Shown piece after piece: positions 9,479 through 18,437 of a stretch of 64,000 nucleotides of DNA. The position numbers and the translations under genes are program-made. This DNA is from Candidatus Multivoradales bacterium (GTDB taxonomy: Bacteria > Acidobacteriota > Thermoanaerobaculia > Multivoradales > Multivoraceae), in the NCBI GenBank assembly GCA_965223325.1, contig CBDCWI010000002.1, forward strand, positions 1,824,001-1,888,000, given 5' to 3'. A model generated the notes under the pieces. It did not search any database. It saw nothing but the letters and a program-made list of their open reading frames with translations, and had not been told where the DNA came from. Each line of letters starts with the position of its first letter. Within the stretch, counting starts at the first letter, position 1.

Positions 9479-11860
9479 ATGACTCTCACGGGCCCCTCTT
9501 ACGACTCCTCGCTGATCGGCGAGGCCCCAGGAGGGGCCCCGCTTGCTCCTCAGTTCCCTACTCAGCCTCTTGTACTCGCCATGGTCATGGCTATGTTGAT
9601 TCTTCTGCAGACAGCAGTTCCCGCTGTGGGGCAGCTTCGCATCGTTACCTCACCTGCTCGTCCCGACCAAGTTGCGGCCGAACAGACACACGTCATGATC
9701 AAAGCCACTCCGCTGGATTCCACCACCAACAATGGGAAAAGTATCTACGCAGGAGTTTTCGTTCCCGGAGAGGTAGAGCTGCCAGCCACGTCTGGTGGTT
9801 GGACCATTGAACTCCGTCGAGAGAAACGGCGGGACTTTAGCTACTGGACACCGCCCAAGGTTCTTGCGGACGTCGCGCTTACGCGTTCCGTAGATATGGA
9901 GATCTGGCCCACCGGCTCTTTCTCAACACAACTTCTTGCAGAGAGTGATGGCGGTGGGGTGCTAGAGCTTCCTAGCGACGTCGGACCTTTGAAAGCTCGC
10001 TTCTCGCGAGCCCAAGCGCGTCGTAGCTGCTGCGCCAAGGTTGATCTTGAACCCACAGGAGAAGTCGAGTGCAGCCGGGAAACTGAAGGCGAAACCGCTT
10101 TTCGGTGTGCACTTCCGGCAGCTGCCTTGGACGTCCGTCTGAGACTAGAAGGCTACTCGGCTCACTACCTGTGGGGGCACCAGGTCGAAGAGGGTAAGAA
10201 CTCTCGACTGGGGCCAGTGAAACTCGAGAAGGGAGCTTCACTAGTGGGCTGGGTGGTGACCTCCGACAATGGCCCACTAGATCGCAACATTCGGGCTACG
10301 GCAATGCCCGGAAACATGTTCGACTTCGACGATAGGCGTGGAGTCGATCAGATCACCCTAGAAGCTGTCGCCGATGACCACGGCTTCTTCCAGTTCGATG
10401 GACTCAAGCAAGGTACGTACGCACTGGAAGTTGAGAAGCCCGGCTATGCCACCACCCGCGTCAATGGGATCGAGATCTTCGATGACCTGGAAGCCAGCCT
10501 GATCCACCCGGTGGAGCTCCGCCGCCCGGCCGTCGTAACCCTGGTTGTTGACCCACCACGCGATCCTTCCGACCGCGCCTGGCGTGGGTTTCTTATCAAC
10601 AGGGTTCGAGACGCCGAGATATCTCCAGTGTTTCAGTTCGACGATGGGGGCACCTACCAGTCTCAGGGGCTCCAACCAGGCAACTACATCCTCCATGTGC
10701 GGTCAGCCTCAGGCAGCACCTACTACTCAGGGTATGCCGATATCGACGGGGAGACCTTTCTCCCGGTATCGATCCCACTGATTCCAGTACGGGGCTTAGT
10801 CAAACTGGGGAAGGAGCCCGTTGAAGCCGATCTGGTTTTTGGCCCGCCGGAAGAAATCAAGATGCGATCTGGGGAAGACGGCCAGTTCGAGGGCTACTTA
10901 CCTCGCGATGGAGCTTGGGAAGTAGAGATCTTCTCAAAGAAGCAAAACGTCCACAGGCGACTTCGAAAAGTGAAGGTTGAGGAACGAAACGGTACCGCAC
11001 GCCTACGCTTCGATCTTGAGGACACCTTGATCGAAGGCATCGTTGTCGATCCCAGGGGAGACCCCATCGATCGAGCCCTCGTGGTAATCCGCCCTGAGGG
11101 GTCTACCGAGTCCAACTTCAACGTCGACATCCACCAAGAAGACGCCGGCCACTTCGAGGTTCGTGGCCTGCCAGAAGGCGACCTCATCCTCAGCGCTCAC
11201 AACGACACGGCGGCGAGCCCCGAGTTCAGCGTACGCCTCACCGAGGGCATGACCCCTCCCCCCATGCGCCTGGTCCTCGAAGAACGACGCACTGTGACCG
11301 GCCGCCTGGTGGGTCCCTACGGGGTAGTGCCTGGCGCTACGGTCGCTGCTGCACCGACTGGACTAGCGATGCCCTACGCATGGTTTCTCCAGGATCATTC
11401 CGACGCACGGGGCCAGTTCTTCATACGAGCCCCACCGGAAACATCAGAGCTCCTTCTCTGGGTTTATGCGCCAGGCTATTCGTTGAGAGCCCTCAGGGTA
11501 AGCGCCACATCCGAGGACTTGGGCGAGATCCACCTCGATCGAAACGGAGGCACCCTGAGTCTCAGGTTCCCACCTGAAAGAGCCAACGACATCCTTCTGT
11601 TCAACAGTGGTGGGCCTCTCAGCATCCACAATCTGCGGCATTGGATTCGCACCAATCCCAGCCTGAACACTTTCTCCGGGCCAGGGACGCTCATCGTTCC
11701 GCAGGTCGCGCCTGACCTGTACATCGGGTGCCTCCTAGAAGATGGGACCGCCGAGTACTACACCGCCATCCGTGCGGGAGGGCGGGTTCCGCTTGGAGAC
11801 TGCGTACAACCACAGCAACTAGACCCTGGCTCCGAAGTGAGCATCAACCTTTCTGAGTAG
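9479..11860 (+). CDS. Exported protein with repeated carboxypeptidase-regulatory-like beta-sandwich domains (true start may be ATG 9581)
   Basis: Repeats such as ADDHGFFQFDGLKQGTYALEVEKPGY, GHFEVRGLPEGDLILSA, SDARGQFFIRAP. Confidence 0.75.
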   Translation: MTLTGPSYDSSLIGEAPGGAPLAPQFPTQPLVLAMVMAMLILLQTAVPAVGQLRIVTSPARPDQVAAEQTHVMIKATPLDSTTNNGKSIYAGVFVPGEVELPATSGGWTIELRREKRRDFSYWTPPKVLADVALTRSVDMEIWPTGSFSTQLLAESDGGGVLELPSDVGPLKARFSRAQARRSCCAKVDLEPTGEVECSRETEGETAFRCALPAAALDVRLRLEGYSAHYLWGHQVEEGKNSRLGPVKLEKGASLVGWVVTSDNGPLDRNIRATAMPGNMFDFDDRRGVDQITLEAVADDHGFFQFDGLKQGTYALEVEKPGYATTRVNGIEIFDDLEASLIHPVELRRPAVVTLVVDPPRDPSDRAWRGFLINRVRDAEISPVFQFDDGGTYQSQGLQPGNYILHVRSASGSTYYSGYADIDGETFLPVSIPLIPVRGLVKLGKEPVEADLVFGPPEEIKMRSGEDGQFEGYLPRDGAWEVEIFSKKQNVHRRLRKVKVEERNGTARLRFDLEDTLIEGIVVDPRGDPIDRALVVIRPEGSTESNFNVDIHQEDAGHFEVRGLPEGDLILSAHNDTAASPEFSVRLTEGMTPPPMRLVLEERRTVTGRLVGPYGVVPGATVAAAPTGLAMPYAWFLQDHSDARGQFFIRAPPETSELLLWVYAPGYSLRALRVSATSEDLGEIHLDRNGGTLSLRFPPERANDILLFNSGGPLSIHNLRHWIRTNPSLNTFSGPGTLIVPQVAPDLYIGCLLEDGTAEYYTAIRAGGRVPLGDCVQPQQLDPGSEVSINLSE

Positions 11861-11933
11861 GACATGGACAGGCCAGAGGGATGGTCCATTGTCGGTGGCT
11901 CACCGCCGCTTCTGACCATTTCTCTCCGCGGCG

Positions 11934-12400
11934 TCAGGAACCCCTTCGCGTGAATGGCCGCGTGCGGTCCCGGGGGCGCCGCAGGCACTCATCGCTCCCT
12001 AGCTCGAACTCCTCCATGTCCTCGGTAAAGTCGAGAACCATCTGGATCGCCGCCTCATCCACGTTGTTGTCGTTGTAGCTGTCAACGTCGCTCCGGAGCT
12101 GCCAACAGCCGCCAACGATCTGCCTACGGCGCTGCTTGAAGGCAATCTCCACGTGGGCGTGGCTCGCGGTCCGGATCTCTGCCCATAGCGTGCGCTGCCC
12201 CCTTCCCCACCGGAACTCGAGCCACATGCTTCGTGCAAACTCGACGCCCCTGTGGATGGGTGAAGTACCCCTGCCAAGACGCGCTATCTCGCCAAGCTAC
12301 CGAGTGGTGAGATCACGTTTGGGCTGGGCGACTTCACGCTCTACGAGTTGGCGATCGAGAGTGGGCGCTTCGTCTCCGGTTTCGCGGGGGCCCACACCAT
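11934..12400 (-). pseudogene. Frameshifted remnant of a hypothetical protein
   Basis: Protein-like pieces in different frames: YFTHPQGRRVCTKHVAR and TLWAEIRTASHAHVEIAFKQRRRQIVGGCWQLRSDVDSYNDNN...QMVLDFTEDMEE; limits approximate. Confidence 0.5.
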
Positions 12401-12439
12401 CAACCGGGAGATCCTGGCGGAGCTGCCGGCCCTTTCTAC

Positions 12440-14128
12440 CTAGCGGTGTCGGTTCCAGGTCACCATCAAGGGCGCGAGAACGAAGGGCAGGAACACACCA
12501 CACAAAGCCGCCGGAACCAGGAAAAGCGGCAGGCGCTCGATCGACGAGATGCCGGGTGCCATCGCGTCACGAAGAGCGGGGAAGCGCACGAGCAGGAGCA
12601 CCGAGAAGAAGAGCAGGGCGAGCGCGCCGCGTGCCAGGGTGCGGCCGCTCCAGACCCGCTCGCGCAGGCAGATCCAGGAACTCACTGTCAACGCCACGGG
12701 TAGGAGCGCTGCGACGAAAGCCACTGCCATCGGCATGGCGCCGCGCCACGCGGACCAGCCGGTAATCCGTTCGGCGACGAAAAGGAGGGCGATCGAAGCG
12801 AGTGGCGCGATCGAGAACACGTTCAGAACCCAGTTGCGGCCCGAAAGCGCAGCGCTCAAGACACAGCCGCAGGCTGCCAGTGCCCAACCGACCAGCACTG
12901 CGGCCAGGAGCAGAAGGTCGAAAGAAGTGGTGTGGCTCAGGGCCTCGGCGATTCCTTGGACGACGAGCGCGACACGCTCACCGTCGCCCCAGAGCCGCAG
13001 GAGGCCAACGACCAGAACCACCGCAACGAGCGCCACTGCCCAACTCGCCGCCACACTTCGAAGTGCCGCCCTGAAGAGGAGGAGTGCCAGATCCCTGTCG
13101 CTGACTGGTCTGGTCGCACGCAGGCGGTCGAGACCTGCCTCGCTCATCGACTGGTCGAAGCGACCGTGCAGCATTCCGGTGGCGATCGGAGCCATGAAGA
13201 TCGCCAGAGCCAGGTACACAAAGGACGTACGAAGCAGACTGCCGGTTTCGTAGCTCGGGAAGGACCCCGCCAGAAGACCGGTGCCGAACGAGAAGAGCGT
13301 CAGAAGCGGCACGTAGCGCCCCTTCTCTCGCCACTCCATCCACAGCTGCGCATGGCGAGCGTCCCTGAACAGATTGCGGCGCGCAACCCGCGTTTCGGAG
13401 CCTGGGCCGGTTGCCGCTTTCTGCCACAGCCGTTCGGAGCCAACCAGGAGACCGGTCGTCGGCCGAGACTCGGCCCGATCGAGCCTCACGCCAACGGTTG
13501 CTGCCGCCACACCCAGAGCGCTCGCCAGGAGAAGAAGCGCCACCTCGAACGTTCCAAAGTCCGCCCAGTGCGCCATGACCGGAACGTCCCGCGGTTTGAG
13601 CCAGGGCTTTAGCCAACCGAGTAGCACAAACGCCAGGGGCAGACCAGCTGGCGCAAGCAGGTAGGGCCGCGTGCCCAACGACCAGCTGAGCGCTAAGGTC
13701 CACACCGTCACCGTGACCATCACCAGGGTCGGGCCGAGGATTGGCCAGCGAGAATCGAAGACAAAACCCACGAAGGCGACGGTCACCAGGTACATCAAAG
13801 ACGCGGTCAAGAGAGCGGGTAAGAGCCTGCCGAGGACCAGGCCGAAGGTCGACACCGGAAGGCGGTAGAGGCGGCGTTCGAAGCCCAGGGCCAGGCCCTC
13901 CGCCCGACACGTCAACAACGTCAGCACGTAGACGAGGAGAACGGTGACAAAGAGTCCCAGGAAAGCGTGTGCCTCCCGTCGTGCGCCCAGCGGCTCGAGC
14001 GCTACTCGATAGATCCCCGCCAGAACGCAGCCCGCAACCGTCACCGTGGCCACCGGTCGCCAAGCCAGCCGCCAGTACTCCCAACCCATGGCACGGGCCA
14101 CCGAAAGACGACCGCCGGGAGCGTTCAA
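12440..14128 (-). CDS. Multi-pass membrane protein, probable ABC permease with internal duplication
   Basis: Two similar halves (WEYWR...RLPVS and WMEWR...TRPVSD), many TMs, downstream of an ABC ATPase. Confidence 0.7.
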   Translation of the reverse strand: MNAPGGRLSVARAMGWEYWRLAWRPVATVTVAGCVLAGIYRVALEPLGARREAHAFLGLFVTVLLVYVLTLLTCRAEGLALGFERRLYRLPVSTFGLVLGRLLPALLTASLMYLVTVAFVGFVFDSRWPILGPTLVMVTVTVWTLALSWSLGTRPYLLAPAGLPLAFVLLGWLKPWLKPRDVPVMAHWADFGTFEVALLLLASALGVAAATVGVRLDRAESRPTTGLLVGSERLWQKAATGPGSETRVARRNLFRDARHAQLWMEWREKGRYVPLLTLFSFGTGLLAGSFPSYETGSLLRTSFVYLALAIFMAPIATGMLHGRFDQSMSEAGLDRLRATRPVSDRDLALLLFRAALRSVAASWAVALVAVVLVVGLLRLWGDGERVALVVQGIAEALSHTTSFDLLLLAAVLVGWALAACGCVLSAALSGRNWVLNVFSIAPLASIALLFVAERITGWSAWRGAMPMAVAFVAALLPVALTVSSWICLRERVWSGRTLARGALALLFFSVLLLVRFPALRDAMAPGISSIERLPLFLVPAALCGVFLPFVLAPLMVTWNRHR

Positions 14129-15099
14129 GTGCGCTCCGCACCGCCGTCGCTGAGCCCCTGGAAGACCTCATCGAGGGTCGCGGGCGCCGAGTCGAGGAGT
14201 TCGAACCCGCGTTCGGACCACGCGGCCGCTGCCGCCTCACCTTCGAGTGGAACCGCTTCATAGCGGACGAGTGCTGAACGCTCTCCTCGATCACTTCCGT
14301 CGCACCGCGAGAGGCTCGCCAGCGTGACTCCAGAGACCTCCAGGAGCCTTCGCACAAGAGCGCGCTCATCGCCTGATGCTTCAGGAAGAGCAAAGCTGAC
14401 GTGTCGAAACGAATCGAGCACCTCGAGCGTCGCGCCTTTGAACAGAATGCGCCCGCGGTCGATCATCGCCAACTGATCTGAGATGCGCTCCACCTCACCG
14501 AGCAGATGCGACGAGAACAGAACCGTGCGGCCGTCTCGCGCGACACTCTGGATGACGGCCTCTAGAACGTCGCGCCGCACGACCGGATCGAGCCCTGAGG
14601 AAGGCTCATCGAGCACCAGGAGCGGGGGCCGCGGCGCCAGCGCGAGAACCAGCGAGGTGCGGACGTGCTGGCCGCGCGACAGCTCACGCACCCGCTGGCG
14701 CCCATCGAGAGCGAACGACCGACAGAGCGAAGACGCAAGCTCTTCGTCCCACTGCGGATAGAAGGCCCGTGTGTAGCGCAACAGTTCGTCGATACGCATC
14801 CAGCCGGGCAAGTCGCGCTCCTCCGACACGTAGCCAATGCGCGCCAGGATCTCTTTGGGTTGTTTGACCGGGTCGAGCCCGAACACCCGCACCGTTCCGG
14901 ACTGCGCCTTCAAGAGGCCGAGAACGTGACGGATGAGGGTGGTCTTCCCAGCACCGTTACGGCCAATGAGGCCGAGAACTGTCCCTTCTTCGATGTCCAG
15001 GTCGACACGGTCAAGCGCCTGGTGTCGACCGTAGCGTCGGGACAAACCCGCCACCTCGACAAGCGCTCGAACAGCCGCTGCCTGTCTGACCGGACTCAC
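14125..15099 (-). CDS. ABC transporter ATP-binding protein
   Basis: GRNGAGKTT, LSRGQ, LVLDEP, SSH. Confidence 0.93.
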   Translation of the reverse strand: MSPVRQAAAVRALVEVAGLSRRYGRHQALDRVDLDIEEGTVLGLIGRNGAGKTTLIRHVLGLLKAQSGTVRVFGLDPVKQPKEILARIGYVSEERDLPGWMRIDELLRYTRAFYPQWDEELASSLCRSFALDGRQRVRELSRGQHVRTSLVLALAPRPPLLVLDEPSSGLDPVVRRDVLEAVIQSVARDGRTVLFSSHLLGEVERISDQLAMIDRGRILFKGATLEVLDSFRHVSFALPEASGDERALVRRLLEVSGVTLASLSRCDGSDRGERSALVRYEAVPLEGEAAAAAWSERGFELLDSAPATLDEVFQGLSDGGAERT

Positions 15100-15497
15100 G
15101 AACTGCCGGCCTGTGCGCGCGTGCGCTTCTCGAGTGCAGCGCGCCGGCGAAGAACTTTCACCACGTCTTCAAGTGGGATGTCGAGCTGCTCTGCTTCGCC
15201 CAACAATCGATCGACTGCGCGGTCGAGCAGCTCTTGCCGATCGCGCGCCAGAAACGGCGACGAACGATCCGCAACAAAGACCCCATCGCCCTGCCGGCTG
15301 ATGACGAAGCGATCGTGCTCGAGTTCGCGGTAGGCACGGGCGACGGTGTTGGGATTGACGGTGAGCGACTCCGCCAGCACACGTACCGATGGCAAGCGCT
15401 CGCCGGCCGCCAGACGACCCGCGGCGATGCGGCGACGAATCTGGTCGGCGATCTGTTGGTAGATGGGCGTGCTGCCGGGCTGGATTCTCAACCTCAC
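15096..15497 (-). CDS. GntR-family (YtrA subfamily) regulator
   Basis: PIYQQI...LPSVRVLA...NPNTVARAYRELE; short C-terminal domain; heads an ABC operon. Confidence 0.92.
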   Translation of the reverse strand: MRLRIQPGSTPIYQQIADQIRRRIAAGRLAAGERLPSVRVLAESLTVNPNTVARAYRELEHDRFVISRQGDGVFVADRSSPFLARDRQELLDRAVDRLLGEAEQLDIPLEDVVKVLRRRAALEKRTRAQAGSS

Positions 15498-15519
15498 TGT
15501 ATTAGTGTATCAATACAGT
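15496..15519. promoter_or_regulatory. YtrA-type operator
   Basis: ACTGTATT-N8-AATACAGT palindrome overlapping the GntR start codon. Confidence 0.7.
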
Positions 15520-15563
15520 AGACAGACCACCAGCTACGGTGCCACAGAGGTGTCGAAGGCCCG

Positions 15564-16580
15564 CTACCGCGTCAGGCTGGCGTAGATGTTCTCGAGCCAG
15601 CCTCCGGGCGGGCCATGCATGACGGAGTCAGAGCGCGCCTCGTCGAACCAGGCTTGCCACCCCCTCGGAACACCGTTCTCCGCCACCTCCTCCACCGAAG
15701 CGCCAGCGTCGATCTCTGATTGAACCCACGCGGTGATCTCGACGAGAAGCCGCTGGTATTCCGCGAGATCAGCCCGCGCCCAGACCTGGCCAATGCCGCC
15801 GTGGCCGCCGACCACGCGGGCTCCCTCTGGCAATCGTGCGAGCACGCGCTCGAGCACTAGCGCGAGAGATTCGATGTCTCCGCCCGAGTGCTGCCAGTCG
15901 GCCGCCGAGCGGCCCCCGCGGCCATGGAAGAGATCGCCCACATGCAGAACGTTCGCGCCGGGAAAGTACACCGCCAGGTCGCCATCGGTATGGCCGGGGC
16001 CGAAGTGCCAGATCTCGACTCGGTGACCATGGAAGTCGAGCTGGTCGCCATCGCTCACCGTCTCACCTGGAAGAAAGCGCTCTTCGAGTGCCGGCGCGGC
16101 CGGAAGGAGCTTGTTCGGCCTCGGTCGTTCGGTCAAACGCCGCCTACTGTTCTCATGCGCCATCACCCTCGCACCGTCCGGCAGAAAACTATTGCCTCGC
16201 GCATGATCGGGGTGCGGATGGGTGTTGATCACCACCTCTAGAGGGCCAGCGCCCTGTTCGTCGAGCGCCGCCCTCACCTTCGCAGAAACGGCGGAGGTCA
16301 TCGGTGCGTCGACCAGGAGGGTCCCAGCAGATGAGACCAGGGCGAGATGGCTGCCGCCGATTTGTCGATCCCTCAGGGTGGCATCGAGCATGAAGAGACC
16401 ATCAGCGATCGGCGTCACGACGACCTCGGAAGCCCCGGACTGCTGCTCCATCAACACGCCGGCGATCTTCCAGAAGTTCAACCAGCCAAGAACGAGCACC
16501 ACCAGCAGACCTCCAACCAGGCCAGCGCAGCCTCTCTTCAGGAGACTTCTCTTGCGATTCGTTGGGCGCGATCCACTCAT
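15564..16580 (-). CDS. Membrane-anchored metallo-beta-lactamase-fold hydrolase
   Basis: THPHPDH, GHTDGD, GDLF, GGHG; N-terminal TM; ATG 16580 after GAGG. Confidence 0.85.
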   Translation of the reverse strand: MSGSRPTNRKRSLLKRGCAGLVGGLLVVLVLGWLNFWKIAGVLMEQQSGASEVVVTPIADGLFMLDATLRDRQIGGSHLALVSSAGTLLVDAPMTSAVSAKVRAALDEQGAGPLEVVINTHPHPDHARGNSFLPDGARVMAHENSRRRLTERPRPNKLLPAAPALEERFLPGETVSDGDQLDFHGHRVEIWHFGPGHTDGDLAVYFPGANVLHVGDLFHGRGGRSAADWQHSGGDIESLALVLERVLARLPEGARVVGGHGGIGQVWARADLAEYQRLLVEITAWVQSEIDAGASVEEVAENGVPRGWQAWFDEARSDSVMHGPPGGWLENIYASLTR

Positions 16581-16609
16581 TCCCGACACCTCCGTCGACG
16601 TTAGGCCAT

Positions 16610-16632
16610 TGACCTTACCCGATGTAAGGTCA
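16610..16632. promoter_or_regulatory. Palindromic operator upstream of the MBL hydrolase
   Basis: TGACCTTAC-CCGAT-GTAAGGTCA; same core as 17379-17395. Confidence 0.6.
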
Positions 16633-16657
16633 TCCTCGCCAGACGTTCGACCTCTCG

Positions 16658-17023
16658 TCACGCGAACAGGTCGATCAGCGCCATCGCCACGCCCAGGTAG
16701 GCACACTCGCCGACACCAAGAGCGATGAGGAGTACCAGGCCTGCGAACGGCAGGACGGGTACGCCACCGATCCGGGTCGCGCCTCTACCAACCGACTGAT
16801 CCCAGACCGCATAGGCGAGCGACGTGAGAAGACCGACCAACAGGGACAACCAGAAGGACAGTCGAGCTCTCGGCGAACGCCCGCTCGCCACACAGCCGCG
16901 CCACAGCTCATCGCGATGGGGTTCGAATGCAAGCATGCGGAGTCGTTCAGGCAACAACCGCCCCAGCAAAGTCGATGCTGGCGGCGGCGCATACGCGGGC
17001 ACTCGATCACGCATGTGAGCCAT
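16658..17023 (-). CDS. Small membrane protein associated with PadR
   Basis: PPP...LL..LLP...FEP N-terminus and 2 TMs; overlaps the PadR gene. Confidence 0.6.
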   Translation of the reverse strand: MAHMRDRVPAYAPPPASTLLGRLLPERLRMLAFEPHRDELWRGCVASGRSPRARLSFWLSLLVGLLTSLAYAVWDQSVGRGATRIGGVPVLPFAGLVLLIALGVGECAYLGVAMALIDLFA

Positions 17024-17318
17024 CGAACTGCGCGATGATGCGCCGGTGATGTTGTGCCGTCTGGTTCCGCGCTCGACGCCCGGCGGCAGTAGCCTGGTAG
17101 AAGCGCTCGCGCACGATCTGGCGGTCGATGACCTCCTGCTCGTACCAGCCGCTCACCAACTTGGCCTCTTCGAGGCGTGCCATCAGTCGATAGAAGGCGG
17201 GCCCGCTCTTCTCGAGGTCGAGACTTGCCAACCGGCTGCGCACCTCGCGACCCGAAATCGATTCGCCGGCGAGTACACAAAGCACTGCGAACTGCAAATG
17301 TGGAAGCGGAGCGGCCAT
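17007..17318 (-). CDS. PadR-family regulator
   Basis: LQFAVLCVL...SGPAFYRLMARLEEAKLV...RFYQATAAG. Confidence 0.85.
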   Translation of the reverse strand: MAAPLPHLQFAVLCVLAGESISGREVRSRLASLDLEKSGPAFYRLMARLEEAKLVSGWYEQEVIDRQIVRERFYQATAAGRRARNQTAQHHRRIIAQFDGSHA

Positions 17319-17378
17319 CGAGGGTCTCGTGGAGGGTTCAGGAGTGCCGGGAATCCGCAGCCAGATTACACCAGGAAC

Positions 17379-17395
17379 CCTTACATGACGTAAGG
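17379..17395. promoter_or_regulatory. Palindromic operator upstream of PadR
   Basis: CCTTAC-ATGAC-GTAAGG. Confidence 0.6.
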
Positions 17396-17449
17396 CATGT
17401 TCGAGCGCAAGGCCTCCTACTCTTCAATGCCGGCGAGATCTTGAATCCA

Positions 17450-18373
17450 CTACGGACAGGCTGGCTCGCCGGCGAAGAACTCGCCCTTCTTGCCGGCGGT
17501 GATCGCCCAGCGGTGCAACCAGCTGATCCCGCCGACGCCGGTCCACTCGTCGGCCGAGGCGTAGGCTTCGTCAGCAATCGCCTCGTCCAGGCCAATGAAG
17601 CGGTAACCACGTTCCTTGTACATCGCGAGAAGTGCGTCGAGCGCCGCGGCGTTGAGATGGTTCTGATGGATGAGGAGGGTGTGGGGAATCGACCTGCCAA
17701 ACAACGCCTGTGTCTGTTCTTCGTAGTAGGCGGTCTTCTCTTCCATGTACGCCACGTAGGTGCTGGCGACGCGCTTGGCGAGGCCCGGGTCGTCCTTCCC
17801 GAGCGCTTCGCGGTACGCGGCCGCAAAAATCCACTCCGAGTTGTCGATGGTGACTGGCGCGACCCAGTAGCCGTTCTCTTCGAGGTGGCGACGCACCTGG
17901 TCGCGCGCTGCGATCGAAGTGCCGGTGTGCAGGTAGGGGTGGCGAAAAAACCGCAGGCCGGCGCCGCGGCTTTCCATCAGTGAGCGGGTCTGGCGCTCGC
18001 CGCGCTCGATGTCTTCGATGAAGCGCTCGGGCAGGGCGCGGTGAAGATCTAGGTGGGAGTAGCCATGGTTGCCGAGCTCGAGACCGGCATCGAGCCATGT
18101 CTCGAGCGTGCCCACCAGCGCGGGTACGACGGTGCCGCCGCGCTCGAGCTTCGCCTCGTTGACAAAACCGATCGCCGGCACTTCATGCCGGCGCAGCGCT
18201 TCGACGACCTGGTCGTTGATCCGAATGATCTCCGGCACCGCGGCCTGTGGACCCTGGAGCGGCAGGTCGTCGACCGTGATCACGATCGCACGCTCTCCTG
18301 GAGCAGCGCCGCAGAGTGGGACGGCGGTGAAACACAAGAGCGCTAGACAGCTAGCAAGGGTTTGCTTCAACAC
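17450..18373 (-). CDS. Secreted polysaccharide deacetylase (CE4/NodB-like)
   Basis: ITVDDLP, GNHGYSH, FRHPYL, LLIH; signal peptide. Confidence 0.88.
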   Translation of the reverse strand: MLKQTLASCLALLCFTAVPLCGAAPGERAIVITVDDLPLQGPQAAVPEIIRINDQVVEALRRHEVPAIGFVNEAKLERGGTVVPALVGTLETWLDAGLELGNHGYSHLDLHRALPERFIEDIERGERQTRSLMESRGAGLRFFRHPYLHTGTSIAARDQVRRHLEENGYWVAPVTIDNSEWIFAAAYREALGKDDPGLAKRVASTYVAYMEEKTAYYEEQTQALFGRSIPHTLLIHQNHLNAAALDALLAMYKERGYRFIGLDEAIADEAYASADEWTGVGGISWLHRWAITAGKKGEFFAGEPACP

Positions 18374-18437
18374 GAGGCGAAGCCTATTTCACCGCGAGCA
18401 GAGGCGGGCCGATGGACCGAGGCTGCGATAATCGCGC

